Assembly: GCA_964291675.2 (NCBI GenBank)
Contig: OZ219866.1
Location: 192,001 to 256,000, forward strand
Direction of reading: 5' to 3'
Length of the DNA: 64,000 bases
Source: Alphaproteobacteria bacterium
GTDB taxonomy: Bacteria; Pseudomonadota; Alphaproteobacteria; MPNO01
Program-made: the position numbers and the translations under genes
Part shown: in pieces, positions 27,857-36,694 of the stretch
How positions within the stretch are numbered: position 1 is the first letter of the stretch
How the letters are laid out: each line of letters begins with the position of its first letter
The notes under the pieces: model-generated
Seen by the model: only the letters and a program-made list of their open reading frames with translations
Database searches by the model: none
What the model was told of the DNA's origin: nothing

Positions 27857-28527
27857 AGCGCGGGCGCCTGGAGCGCGCGGAGGCCGCTTGCGGCGGCGAG
27901 CGGCGCGCCGGTCAGCGCCTGGAGCCCGGCGAGGTCGAGGCCGGCCACGATCTCGCGCACCGCGAGCCCGTCCGCCGTCACCTCGATCACCGCGAGATCG
28001 GTGTAGATCCGGTCGACCGCCGCGCGCCCGGTCAGCGGGTAGGTCGCGCGCTCGACGATCTTGGGCTCGCCGCGCCGGGTCACGTGGTCGGTCATGGCGT
28101 AGACCGCCTTGGCGCCGATCGCGAGGTCCATCGCCCCGCCGACGCCGGGCACCGCGCCCGCCGCCCCGGTCGACCAGTTGGCGAGGTCGCCATTGGCCGC
28201 CACCTGGAAGGCGCCCAGGACGCAGAGATCGAGATGCCCGCCGCGCACCATGGCGAACGAGTCCGCGTGGTGGAACAGCGCGGCGCCGGGCACCAGGGTG
28301 ACCGGCTGCTTGCCGGCGTTGATCAGCTCCTCGTCCTGGTCGGCCTCCGGCGGCTCGGGCCCCATGCCCAGAATGCCGTTCTCGCTGTGGAACACGATCT
28401 CGCGCTCGGGCGGCACGAAGTTGGCCACCAGCACCGGCTGGCCGATGCCGAGATTGACCACCGCCCCGTCCGGGATGTCCTGGGCGATGCGCCAGGCGAC
28501 CTGGTTGCGCGTCAGCCGATGTTTCAC
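27853..28527 (-). CDS. 3-oxoacid CoA-transferase subunit B (PcaJ/ScoB-like)
   Basis: VNLGIGQP, HSENGILG, INAGKQ, RGGHLD and VGGAMDLA; GTG start overlaps the subunit A stop. Confidence 0.9.
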   Translation of the reverse strand: MKHRLTRNQVAWRIAQDIPDGAVVNLGIGQPVLVANFVPPEREIVFHSENGILGMGPEPPEADQDEELINAGKQPVTLVPGAALFHHADSFAMVRGGHLDLCVLGAFQVAANGDLANWSTGAAGAVPGVGGAMDLAIGAKAVYAMTDHVTRRGEPKIVERATYPLTGRAAVDRIYTDLAVIEVTADGLAVREIVAGLDLAGLQALTGAPLAAASGLRALQAPAL

Positions 28528-28535
28528 GTGTAACA
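28520..28535. promoter_or_regulatory. parS-like site (1 mismatch) within the CoA-transferase A/B gene junction
   Basis: TGTTTCACGTGTAACA. Confidence 0.65.
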
Positions 28536-29234
28536 TTCGCCCCTCAGGATCGCCGCGCGCTCGCTCATCGGCTCGGGGACGCGGACCACGCGGTCGACGA
28601 AGATGCCGGGCGTGACCACGTGCTCGGGGTCGATCCCGCCGAGCTCCACGAGGGTGCGCGCCTGGACGATGGCGGTCTTCGCGGCCATGCACATCAGCGG
28701 GCCGAAATTGCGCGCCGCCAGCCGGTAGGCGAGGTTGCCCCAGCGGTCCGCCCGCTCCGCCTTGACCAGCGCGAAGTCGGCGTGCAGCGGGTACTCCAGC
28801 ACGTAGTCGCGCCCGTCGATGGTGCGCGTCTCCTTGCCCTCGGCGAGCTCGGTGCCGGCGGCGGTGGGGGTGTAGAACCCGCCGAGCCCGGCGCCGGCGG
28901 CGCGCAGCCGCTCGGCCAGCGTCCCCTGCGGCACCACCTCCAGCGCCACCCTGCCCTCGCGGTAGAGCCGCTCGAACACCTCGGAATGCGACGACCGCGG
29001 ATAGGTGCAGACCATGCGCGCGACCCGGCCGCGCTCGAGCAGGGCGGCGAGCCCGACATGGCCGTTGCCGGCGTTGTTGTTGACCACGGTCAGGCCGCTC
29101 GCGCCGAGGTCGATCAGCGCGTGGATCAGCTCGGTCGGCGAGCCCGCCTCGCCGAACCCGCCGATCAGCACCGTCGCGCCGTCGCCGATCCCGGCGACCG
29201 CCGCGGCCGCGTCCGCCACCCGCTTGTCGATCAT
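28524..29234 (-). CDS. 3-oxoacid CoA-transferase subunit A (PcaI/ScoA-like)
   Basis: DGATVLIGGFG, PQGTLAERLRAAGAG, ADRWGNL...ARNFGP and VVTPGIFVD. Confidence 0.92.
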   Translation of the reverse strand: MIDKRVADAAAAVAGIGDGATVLIGGFGEAGSPTELIHALIDLGASGLTVVNNNAGNGHVGLAALLERGRVARMVCTYPRSSHSEVFERLYREGRVALEVVPQGTLAERLRAAGAGLGGFYTPTAAGTELAEGKETRTIDGRDYVLEYPLHADFALVKAERADRWGNLAYRLAARNFGPLMCMAAKTAIVQARTLVELGGIDPEHVVTPGIFVDRVVRVPEPMSERAAILRGECYT

Positions 29235-29315
29235 CCGCGGAATCTAGGCAAGCGCCGCCCCGCCGTCCACAGTGGGGCGGTTGACCGGCCCCGCCGCCGG
29301 GCCCAGTCTGGCGCC

Positions 29316-30563
29316 ATGCAAGCGCTCTGCCGCGACTGCTTCGCCCAGCCCGACGGGGCGGAATGCGCGGCCTGCGGCTCGGCCCGCATCCTGCGCCACG
29401 CGGAGCTCGGCCGGCTCGCCATCGCCCATGTCGACTGCGATGCCTTCTACGCCGCGGTGGAGAAGCGCGACGACCCCGCCCTCGCCCACCGGCCGGTGCT
29501 GGTCGGCGGAAGGCGGCGCGGCGTGGTGATGGCCGCCTGCTACGACGCCCGGCGCTTCGGGGTGCGCTCGGCGATGCCGATGTTCGCCGCGCTGCGCGCC
29601 TGCCCCGACGCGGTGACGATCCGCCCCGACATGAAGAAATACGCCGCCGTCTCGCGCGAGGTCAGGGCGCTGATGGAGGGGGTGACGCCGGCGGTCGAGC
29701 CGCTCTCGATCGACGAGGCGGCGCTCGACCTCGCCGGCACCGAGCGCCTGCACCGCGCGAAGCCGGCGGCGACGCTCGCCCGACTGCAGCGCCGCATCGC
29801 CGCAGAGATCGGCATCACCGTCTCGATCGGCCTCAGCCACAACCGCTTCCTCGCCAAGATCGCCTCGGGCGTCGACAAGCCGGGCGGCTTCTTCGCCATC
29901 GGCAGGGGCGATGCCAGGCGCTTCCTCGCGCCCCGCCCGGTCGCCCTGATCCCGGGCGTGGGCGAGGCGATGGAGCGCCGGCTCGCGGCCGACGGGATCG
30001 CCACGATCGGCGACCTCCAGGCGCGGCCCGAGGCCGAGCTCGCGAGGCGCTACGGCGCCATGGGCCGCCGGCTTGCCCGGCTCGCGCGCGGCGAGGACCG
30101 GCGCCCGGTGGCCGGCCGGGCGATGCGCAAGAGCCTCTCGGCCGAGACCACCTTCGCGGACGACATCGCCGCCCCGGACGCGCTCGCCGCCCGGCTCTGG
30201 CCGCTCGCCGAGACGGTCGCGCGCCGGCTGAAGGCCGAGGGGATCGGCGCGCGCACCGTCACGGTCAAGCTCAAGCGGGCGGATTTCCGCATCCTGACCC
30301 GGAGGGCCACGCTCGCCCACGCCACCCAGTCGGCCGATGCGATCTGGCGCGCCGGCGCGAGGCTCGCGGCCAAGGAGGCCGACGGCACGCCGTTCCGGCT
30401 GATCGGCATCCGCGCGTCGAACTACGCCCCCGCCCAGGAGTCCGACCCGCCCGACCTCGCCGACCCCGGCGCGGCCGCCCGCCGCGACGTCGAACGCGCC
30501 ATCGACACCATCCGCGAGCGCTTCGGCGAGGACGCCATCGGTCACGGACGGGGGCTGGGTTAG
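29316..30563 (+). CDS. dinB: DNA polymerase IV (alphaproteobacterial type with N-terminal Cys ribbon)
   Basis: CRDC...CAACGS, IAHVDCDAFYAAVEKRD, SIDEA and LAKIASGVDKP. Confidence 0.93.
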   Translation: MQALCRDCFAQPDGAECAACGSARILRHAELGRLAIAHVDCDAFYAAVEKRDDPALAHRPVLVGGRRRGVVMAACYDARRFGVRSAMPMFAALRACPDAVTIRPDMKKYAAVSREVRALMEGVTPAVEPLSIDEAALDLAGTERLHRAKPAATLARLQRRIAAEIGITVSIGLSHNRFLAKIASGVDKPGGFFAIGRGDARRFLAPRPVALIPGVGEAMERRLAADGIATIGDLQARPEAELARRYGAMGRRLARLARGEDRRPVAGRAMRKSLSAETTFADDIAAPDALAARLWPLAETVARRLKAEGIGARTVTVKLKRADFRILTRRATLAHATQSADAIWRAGARLAAKEADGTPFRLIGIRASNYAPAQESDPPDLADPGAAARRDVERAIDTIRERFGEDAIGHGRGLG

Positions 30564-30573
30564 GGGCGGCTAA

Positions 30574-30626
30574 TGTTTCACGTGAAACAATGGTCAACCA
30601 TGCTGACCTATGTTTCACGTGAAACA
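30574..30626. promoter_or_regulatory. parS: Tandem pair of parS sites
   Basis: Two perfect TGTTTCACGTGAAACA (30574-30589 and 30611-30626). Confidence 0.9.
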
Positions 30627-30913
30627 TTAGCCCGATCCGGTACGACATCGCGTCCCCCGGGGACGGGGGCGCCCCGCGCCCCGCAGCGGCGGGCGCCGCA
30701 TTCGCTCGCCGCGCCAGCACTCTGGCGGAGCGACTTGCGAGAGCGGTTCCGGCAGGCGCCGCAACCTCGCCCGACCCGTCATTTCTCGCGCAACGTCGCC
30801 CTCCGGGCCGAGGTTGCCCGTGGATGAGCGGGAAAATTCGACCAACCGGCTGCGTGACCAAGACCGCCCTTTTTAGACACCCCGATCCGGTCCCGGCTCG
30901 ATGCGGGGTCTGT

Positions 30914-30932
30914 CCTTAACTCCGGGTTAAGG
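30914..30932. promoter_or_regulatory. TTAA-N7-TTAA box upstream of the small-peptide cluster
   Basis: CCTTAAC-TCCGG-GTTAAGG; both a palindrome and an 11-bp-phased TTAA repeat, 60 bp before ORF 30993. Confidence 0.5.
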
Positions 30933-30992
30933 CCGACCCGTTACGTTCTTCCTGTCCACGCGATAGGACGACACAAGAGAGGGAACAAGGGC

Positions 30993-31271
30993 ATGGGTAC
31001 GACCGATCTCTTCCGGATCGCCATCTTCGCCACCAGCCTGGCGTTCTTGACCGCCGTGGGCCCCGCTAGCGCGGGCGCCGAGCAGGGGTCGAAGAAAGTT
31101 TGCCAGACCGCATGCGGCAATGCGGCGAACACCATGATGAACCAGAAGAAGACGGTGAAGACCGTCGAGCCGACCGAGTTCGGGGGCCGCTCGAAGAGCC
31201 GTACCGAGCCGGCCTATACGCCCGACCAGGTCAACGACTTCCTCAACAAGTGCTGGGGCAATTGCAAGTAG
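30993..31271 (+). CDS. Small secreted protein with twin CX3C motifs
   Basis: Purine-rich RBS; signal ending ASA; CQTAC near the mature N-terminus and CWGNC at the C-terminus. Confidence 0.7.
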   Translation: MGTTDLFRIAIFATSLAFLTAVGPASAGAEQGSKKVCQTACGNAANTMMNQKKTVKTVEPTEFGGRSKSRTEPAYTPDQVNDFLNKCWGNCK

Positions 31272-31362
31272 CAATAGCCGGCAAAGCCCGGTGACGGGTC
31301 GCGGAACACTACGCCCGCGACCCTCCCACCGGAACCCATCGAATTCCACGAGGAGACAAACC

Positions 31363-31698
31363 ATGAGCATCCGCAACCTCACGCACCTGGCCGTCGCCGC
31401 GATCCTGCTTGCGAGCGCCAGCAACGCCGCGACCGCGAATGCCGAGGAGTCCGGCTTTCGTGTGCTCCCCGGACCGGGCATCAACGCCGGCCGCAACACA
31501 ATCCAGATCAACCCGAGGTTCGAATACAAGCGCCCGGGACGCTCGGGAGGCTACATGCAGCCGAATGTCCTGATTTCGCCGCTTTCCGCTAGGTTTCGAT
31601 CTGCCAAAGTCGGCTACATCTCCCGCAACGGTAGGACCGAAATCTACACCTTCGGCAACGGTCGCACCAGCGGCTTCGGCATTCTGCGGCGTTTCTAG
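31363..31698 (+). CDS. Small secreted cationic Gly/Arg-rich protein ending in Phe
   Basis: AGGAG RBS; MSIRNLTHLAVAAILLASASNAATANA signal; beta-strand-like mature region ending GFGILRRF. Confidence 0.7.
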   Translation: MSIRNLTHLAVAAILLASASNAATANAEESGFRVLPGPGINAGRNTIQINPRFEYKRPGRSGGYMQPNVLISPLSARFRSAKVGYISRNGRTEIYTFGNGRTSGFGILRRF

Positions 31699-31766
31699 AG
31701 GAAGCCGCGAACCTGTCGTGGATGCCACGACAACAGGTAACTCATACTCGAACAGGGAAGCGACCG

Positions 31767-32057
31767 ATGAAGAAATACGCAACCCTCAAGTTGGCTGTAA
31801 CCGCCATCGCCGTGCTGGGAGGATCGGCAGTCATCGGGGCAGCGCAGGCCTTTCCGTCTTGCCTGGCTGTTCCGGCCTCCATTTCCGGCGTGTCGGGCGC
31901 CGTGTGCACCGGCGCGCTTACGGCGGCTATCCCCGTTTGCACAACGCTGTGGCCGGTCGACTTCGGTACCACGTGCGGACTCGCGGTCTCGACTGCCGCG
32001 CTTAGTTGCGGCGTCAGCGTGTCTTCGATTGTCGCCATGATTGCAGCCTGCCTCTGA
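31767..32057 (+). CDS. Small secreted hydrophobic six-cysteine peptide
   Basis: MKKYATLKLAVTAIAVLGGSAVIGAAQA signal; 68-aa near-uncharged mature part with 6 Cys. Confidence 0.72.
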   Translation: MKKYATLKLAVTAIAVLGGSAVIGAAQAFPSCLAVPASISGVSGAVCTGALTAAIPVCTTLWPVDFGTTCGLAVSTAALSCGVSVSSIVAMIAACL

Positions 32058-32184
32058 TGGCGACGTGTCCGCGGGACGGCCTGAAATTCGGCAGAGCCGT
32101 CCCGCGGCACACCGTTCGCCGTCTTCCCAAAAGCCAAATGGAAGTGATCCCATGAGCCGCCTCCCACGGAAGCGACGCCATCCC

Positions 32185-32397
32185 ATGCGGCACGTCCTGT
32201 CGGCCGTTGTCGTCCTTGCGCTCGGCGCCACGCCAGCATTCGCCGGCGCTGCCACCGGAATTGCCGTCACGGCTGCCCTCGCCGCGCCAACGGCGGCGGC
32301 GTGCGCGACCTTCGCCGCCAGCCCCACCGCGCTATCGGAGGCCATCTGCCTCGGACATTGGATCGCCATCGCCGTCAGCTGGCTGGCTCCGCTCTGA
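32185..32397 (+). CDS. Small secreted hydrophobic two-cysteine peptide
   Basis: MRHVLSAVVVLALGATPAFA signal (alternative start 32152); 50-aa Ala-rich mature part with 2 Cys. Confidence 0.65.
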   Translation: MRHVLSAVVVLALGATPAFAGAATGIAVTAALAAPTAAACATFAASPTALSEAICLGHWIAIAVSWLAPL

Positions 32398-32466
32398 CCC
32401 GCCGGGAGGCACGGCTGTGCGATCGATGCCCCGCGCCACGGCGGCGCTCGCCTCCGATTGTGCAGG

Positions 32467-34137
32467 CTATCCGAGCGCCCTGGAACATCGCACCCGGATC
32501 TTCACCAGCGCGCCCCCGCCCTTCCACTTGGTCGACGTCGAAAGCTCGATCGAGCCGCCGCCGCCCCGGAGCCATTCGGCCGCCAACGCCAGGCCGATGC
32601 CGATACCGGATGCGCCCGGCCGCGTATACATTAAGGCTCTGGCCCCCCACTTCAGCAGCAGCTCCCTTTTTTCACGATCCGGTGGGAACCCGGCGCCATC
32701 GTCTTCGATGACAATTTCGACTTCTTCGCCGCAATCCTCGGCGGAAATCTCAATGTTCTTTTCCGCGTGTCTCGCCGCGTTGCGCAACAGGTTGACGACA
32801 ATCGAGTAAAAGCCGAACTGCGTTGTCTTCGCGGACAGCTCCGGGACGCTCTCGGTCCATATCAGCTCTCTCGTGCAGGTTGTTTTCACCGCCACGATCG
32901 CGTCACTCAAGGTGTCACCGATGTCTACGGGATCGCTGGCTTCCGAAAAGTCCCCGATCGACCACCGAATCAGCTGCTTGCTCACACCTTCCAAGCCCGT
33001 CCTTACGCCCTGGGTAGCGCTCGCCACGCCCTTGAGCTGCTCCGGCGATATGGCCTGCCCTTTCTCCGCCGCCGTCGCGATCGAGTTCACTAGCCCGTTG
33101 AGTTGCGCGAGCATCTCGTTCTCGTTGTGAGACATGCCCCTTCCCAGTTCTATCGCGCACGCCATCAAGCGCTCCCGGATTTTTCTGGCCGCCGCCTCCC
33201 TTTCGTCTGCCTCCCTTTCCTTGCTTGCGATCCGCACATCCGCGGCGGCGGCAATTCCCGCCAACTCGCCGGCGTATTCGCCATCGTCTATTGCAGTCAC
33301 GTCCCAATCGTTAAGCCGATCGCGCAACCGATTTGCCTGCCGTCCGAACCGTCCCGCCTTGCGGCCGATCAACCAGCCCAGCGCGAGAACAATACCGGTC
33401 GCGGTGACGAGCGCAATCAAGAACATGCCGTTCTGGACCGGGTCACCTCCCCAATACGGGACGCTCATTCCGGACACCAAAATTCTGATCCTGCCGTTGG
33501 TGCCATCGATTTCTAGGTCCCTGTAACTCTCGTATATGTCGACGCAGCCGACGTCGTCAACGCCCGGGCAGTGCCCATAGGAACGGCGATTGACGGATTT
33601 CCCCTCTTGCGTGCCCCAAATCGCCGCGGACATTCCCTTCGCGCCCTGACGGAAAGCGCCCCACACGTTTTCCAACGTGCCCGTGGTCGGCGGTCGAATC
33701 TGGCACAGATCGTCCTTCTTGTCCTTTCCGATGAGGTTCATATGCAGGTACTTTTCGTATTCTGGTATTCCGTCGACGTTTCGCGCCTTGTCGATGCAAA
33801 CGCTATAGATACATGCCACCGAAGCGCCAGGCCCACAGGGCGACGTTTCACCGACTCGCCCCTGCCTTATCATGCATTTCCTTTGTTCCCTCAAGTCGGT
33901 GCTTGCACAGGCCTCCGTTGAACCGGGTGGCGCCTTCATGCGTCCCTGCACTATCGCTTCCGTCGGCTCTATGACCTGGAGCATGTGGGTATACAGGTTG
34001 TTCTCGGCCTTCTTTTGCACCGAAAGGAGGTAGACCCCATAAAAAGCGAGCAAAAGAATGACCAGCAAATACGCGGCCGTCCGAAAAATGTCCTGCCGAA
34101 GCGAACGCGGTCGTCCGAAGGAGAGGAGCTTACTCAT
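32467..34137 (-). CDS. Sensor histidine kinase with Cys-rich periplasmic domain
   Basis: Two TM helices; atypical H box (MSHNENEML); N box NLLRNAARHA; G1 DDGAGF; G2 GIGIGL; ATG overlaps the regulator stop; lower GC. Confidence 0.85.
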   Translation of the reverse strand: MSKLLSFGRPRSLRQDIFRTAAYLLVILLLAFYGVYLLSVQKKAENNLYTHMLQVIEPTEAIVQGRMKAPPGSTEACASTDLREQRKCMIRQGRVGETSPCGPGASVACIYSVCIDKARNVDGIPEYEKYLHMNLIGKDKKDDLCQIRPPTTGTLENVWGAFRQGAKGMSAAIWGTQEGKSVNRRSYGHCPGVDDVGCVDIYESYRDLEIDGTNGRIRILVSGMSVPYWGGDPVQNGMFLIALVTATGIVLALGWLIGRKAGRFGRQANRLRDRLNDWDVTAIDDGEYAGELAGIAAAADVRIASKEREADEREAAARKIRERLMACAIELGRGMSHNENEMLAQLNGLVNSIATAAEKGQAISPEQLKGVASATQGVRTGLEGVSKQLIRWSIGDFSEASDPVDIGDTLSDAIVAVKTTCTRELIWTESVPELSAKTTQFGFYSIVVNLLRNAARHAEKNIEISAEDCGEEVEIVIEDDGAGFPPDREKRELLLKWGARALMYTRPGASGIGIGLALAAEWLRGGGGSIELSTSTKWKGGGALVKIRVRCSRALG

Positions 34138-34864
34138 TTTCAAGATCGATGTAGTAGCCACGGTTGTTTCCCCGGATTTGTAAACCGGTTTGCTTGCGAA
34201 GGGTGGATAAGTACGAATGCAAAGTGTTCTCTCTGGTAATTCCGACCTGTCGCATCAACACCGCCGACGGGACGGGATATCTGCTCTCGATTAACGCACG
34301 CAAAATAGGAAGCAGATACGCGCGCAGTTCCACGCGTTTTTCAGAGACGTATATGTAGTCCGAGCCCAACCTGACGTTTCCCTTTGTGATTTCGTCGGGA
34401 TTCGGATCGGATAGTCTGCATTCCAGTTTTCTGATGATCTCGACGTGGTACAGGAGGGATTCGATCAGTCGGGGAAATTCCACGCGAAATAACTTGAAAC
34501 CTTCCGGCGTAGTTGGCTTGGCGAAAAAATTTATTGATCCCGCCGTATAACCCTTGATCCGAAATTCAGGTTGGCCATGGTAGGACAATATTACCACTAC
34601 GGTATACCTGTCCTGTTCTATGAAGTAATCGCCGGTCAGCGCCGTAGTGAGGTCGAGCCCGGTCTGCGGATTTCCTTCCGCTTTGAGATCCAGATCCATG
34701 ATTACTACATCATGATGGTATTGTTCGACCTTATCGCGGCACTCATTTGCGGATTGAGCCCAATCCACGTTGCAACGCACTTCTTCGTGCAGCAGCCTCG
34801 ATACTCGGTCGTACCATTCGCGTTCGTCGTCCACGAGGAGTACGCGGGATCCGCTCGTTTTCAT
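34130..34864 (-). CDS. Divergent OmpR-like response regulator
   Basis: RVLLVDDE, DVVIMDLDL, FFAKP receiver motifs; C-terminal ENTLHSYLSTLRKQ...RGYYI winged-helix-like segment. Confidence 0.82.
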   Translation of the reverse strand: MKTSGSRVLLVDDEREWYDRVSRLLHEEVRCNVDWAQSANECRDKVEQYHHDVVIMDLDLKAEGNPQTGLDLTTALTGDYFIEQDRYTVVVILSYHGQPEFRIKGYTAGSINFFAKPTTPEGFKLFRVEFPRLIESLLYHVEIIRKLECRLSDPNPDEITKGNVRLGSDYIYVSEKRVELRAYLLPILRALIESRYPVPSAVLMRQVGITRENTLHSYLSTLRKQTGLQIRGNNRGYYIDLENE

Positions 34865-34887
34865 GTTCCGTTCCGATCGCGAGGCTC

Positions 34888-35145
34888 TCAGCAGGACCAC
34901 GGGACGAAGATGTCCCTGACCCTGCGCCACGGGTCCAGAATCCTGACCCAAAACCCGTTTTGAGCTGGAAATACCGCCAGTACGCGACCGAACCGGCTCG
35001 CTTCCCGAGCGGCTTGCTCGACGCTACAGGCGGCCCAGCCCGGATTCGGGTCGATCATGACGAGAGCGCATAGGATCAAGGCGGCGCGCAGGAAACGGCC
35101 GGCCGACCGTTTGTCGAGGGCCAAGCGTCTGGATGTTTCAGGCAT
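34888..35145 (-). CDS. Small secreted PepSY-like protein
   Basis: Signal-like helix then SVEQAAREASRFGRVLAV...FWVRILDPWRRVRDIFV; directly upstream of the RR-HK genes. Confidence 0.55.
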   Translation of the reverse strand: MPETSRRLALDKRSAGRFLRAALILCALVMIDPNPGWAACSVEQAAREASRFGRVLAVFPAQNGFWVRILDPWRRVRDIFVPWSC

Positions 35146-35788
35146 CGGTCTGGTCCAGCGTTCGTACGACATCGAACAATTATTGTAGGCCAAAGTTCTA
35201 AATCGCGACAGGGTTGTGTCCACAGCGATTTAGCGGGGTAACCGAAATTGCTCGATATTGGGGCAGACAGAGACCGTGATTCTACGGAAAGTATGTATTG
35301 GCCGGCCGACCTCGCCGATTCCGGCTCGCGCGCCGCGCCACTCCGCTCGACTTGGCGGCGTGGGCCCCGGGAATGTTGGCCCCGGACGGAGCGAAGCGGA
35401 GCGGGAAAATCTCACGCCCAGGAGAGGGAGAATTCCGGGACTCTTGTCGCCAACGTGACGGACGATGGGCTGGCGTGGATCGACCACTGAGAGCCGGCCC
35501 GCCGCGCCGGGCGCATACCTGCCCCGTACCCCTCGCGACATGGTCGGCGAATACCGACCATGACGCGAGCGACCGATCCCGTTCGAACCGGATACGCTAC
35601 GGAGCGTCCGGGAACGCTTGCCGACTTCCTTTCCGGCCCTCTATCCGCTCACGGACCGGGTTCGAGCGTCGGTACAGGACTGGTTTCGGGCACGTCCGCG
35701 GATTTCCGCCCGAGCCCGCCCATTTGGATGGGGACCCGACCCGCGGCGCCCGGTACAAGGGGTTTCGCCAGCAACACGGGGTCCCCGC

Positions 35789-36517
35789 ATGCCGAACCGA
35801 ACCATCGCCGCCCTTGCCGCCTGCGCCGCTCTCCTGTCGGTCGCCGCAATCCCGCCCGGCGCCGCCAAGGCCGAGGAGCGCGCCATCTACGCGGCCGCCC
35901 ACGGCAGCACGCTCGGCGCCGGGCTCATGCTGGGATACGACATCTCGCCCGCCTTCTCGGCCCGCGCCGCGGCCAGCTACTTCGCTTTCGGCACGGACGA
36001 ATCCAGCGCCGGCAACGATTATTCGATCGACCTGCAGCTGCTCTCCCTCGGCCTGCTGGGCGACTGGCATCCGTTCGAGAACGGCTTCCGGGTCACCGCC
36101 GGCGGGCTGTTCAACGGCAACAAGATGACGCTCGCCTCCAGCGCCGAGGACATCGAGCTCGGCGGCGGCAGCTATCGCGGCAGCATGGAGGCGGAGCTCG
36201 GCTTCAACGCGATCGCGCCCTATGTCGGGATCGGCTGGACCGGCGGGCGGGCGGACCGGCGCGGCTTCTCCTTCTTCGCCGATGCCGGGGTGATCTTCCA
36301 GGGCTCGCCGAAAATTTCCGCCTCGGGCCGGGTGGAGGGGGCGGGCAACGCGTGCGGCTTCAGCCTGTCCGAGAGCGGCCGGGCGACGGTCGGGGCGGGG
36401 TGCGGGCTCGCGGATCTGCGCGCCGACCTGGAGAGCGAGCACGCCGAGCTCGACGACGAGCTGAGCGCGTTCAACCTCTACCCGGTGCTGATGCTGGGCG
36501 TCGCCTACCGGTTCTGA
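35789..36517 (+). CDS. Outer membrane beta-barrel protein
   Basis: Signal ending AKA; STLGAGL, DWHPFENGFRVTAG, APYVGIGW; terminal YPVLMLGVAYRF. Confidence 0.82.
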   Translation: MPNRTIAALAACAALLSVAAIPPGAAKAEERAIYAAAHGSTLGAGLMLGYDISPAFSARAAASYFAFGTDESSAGNDYSIDLQLLSLGLLGDWHPFENGFRVTAGGLFNGNKMTLASSAEDIELGGGSYRGSMEAELGFNAIAPYVGIGWTGGRADRRGFSFFADAGVIFQGSPKISASGRVEGAGNACGFSLSESGRATVGAGCGLADLRADLESEHAELDDELSAFNLYPVLMLGVAYRF

Positions 36518-36564
36518 GCGCGCCGGCGGCGGGCCGGGCGACGCCCGCGCCCTGCCGCCCTCCT

Positions 36565-36678
36565 TGTCACCCCGGTCTCGATCCGGGGCCCAGGGCCACG
36601 CGTTCGGACGTTGGAACGGTTGCACTGGACCCCGGAACAAGCCCCGGACTGTGATCCGGGGCAAGCCCGGGGCGACAG
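36565..36678. repeat. Palindromic element related to repeat family B
   Basis: TGTCACCCCGG...CCCGGGGCGACA terminal inverted repeats between convergent genes. Confidence 0.6.
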
Positions 36679-36694
36679 CGGGTGGACGCCCGGG

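Noticed and set aside
30993-32397. Classical RiPP (sactipeptide, lanthipeptide) cluster
   Set aside because: No radical SAM, Lan or YcaO enzyme and no peptidase-containing exporter; the leaders look like ordinary Sec signals.
30700-35460. Attachment-site direct repeats flanking the peptide/two-component island (e.g. GAGCGGGAAAAT near 30827 and 35399)
   Set aside because: Only short, patchy similarity, with no integrase or tRNA target; too weak to call by eye.
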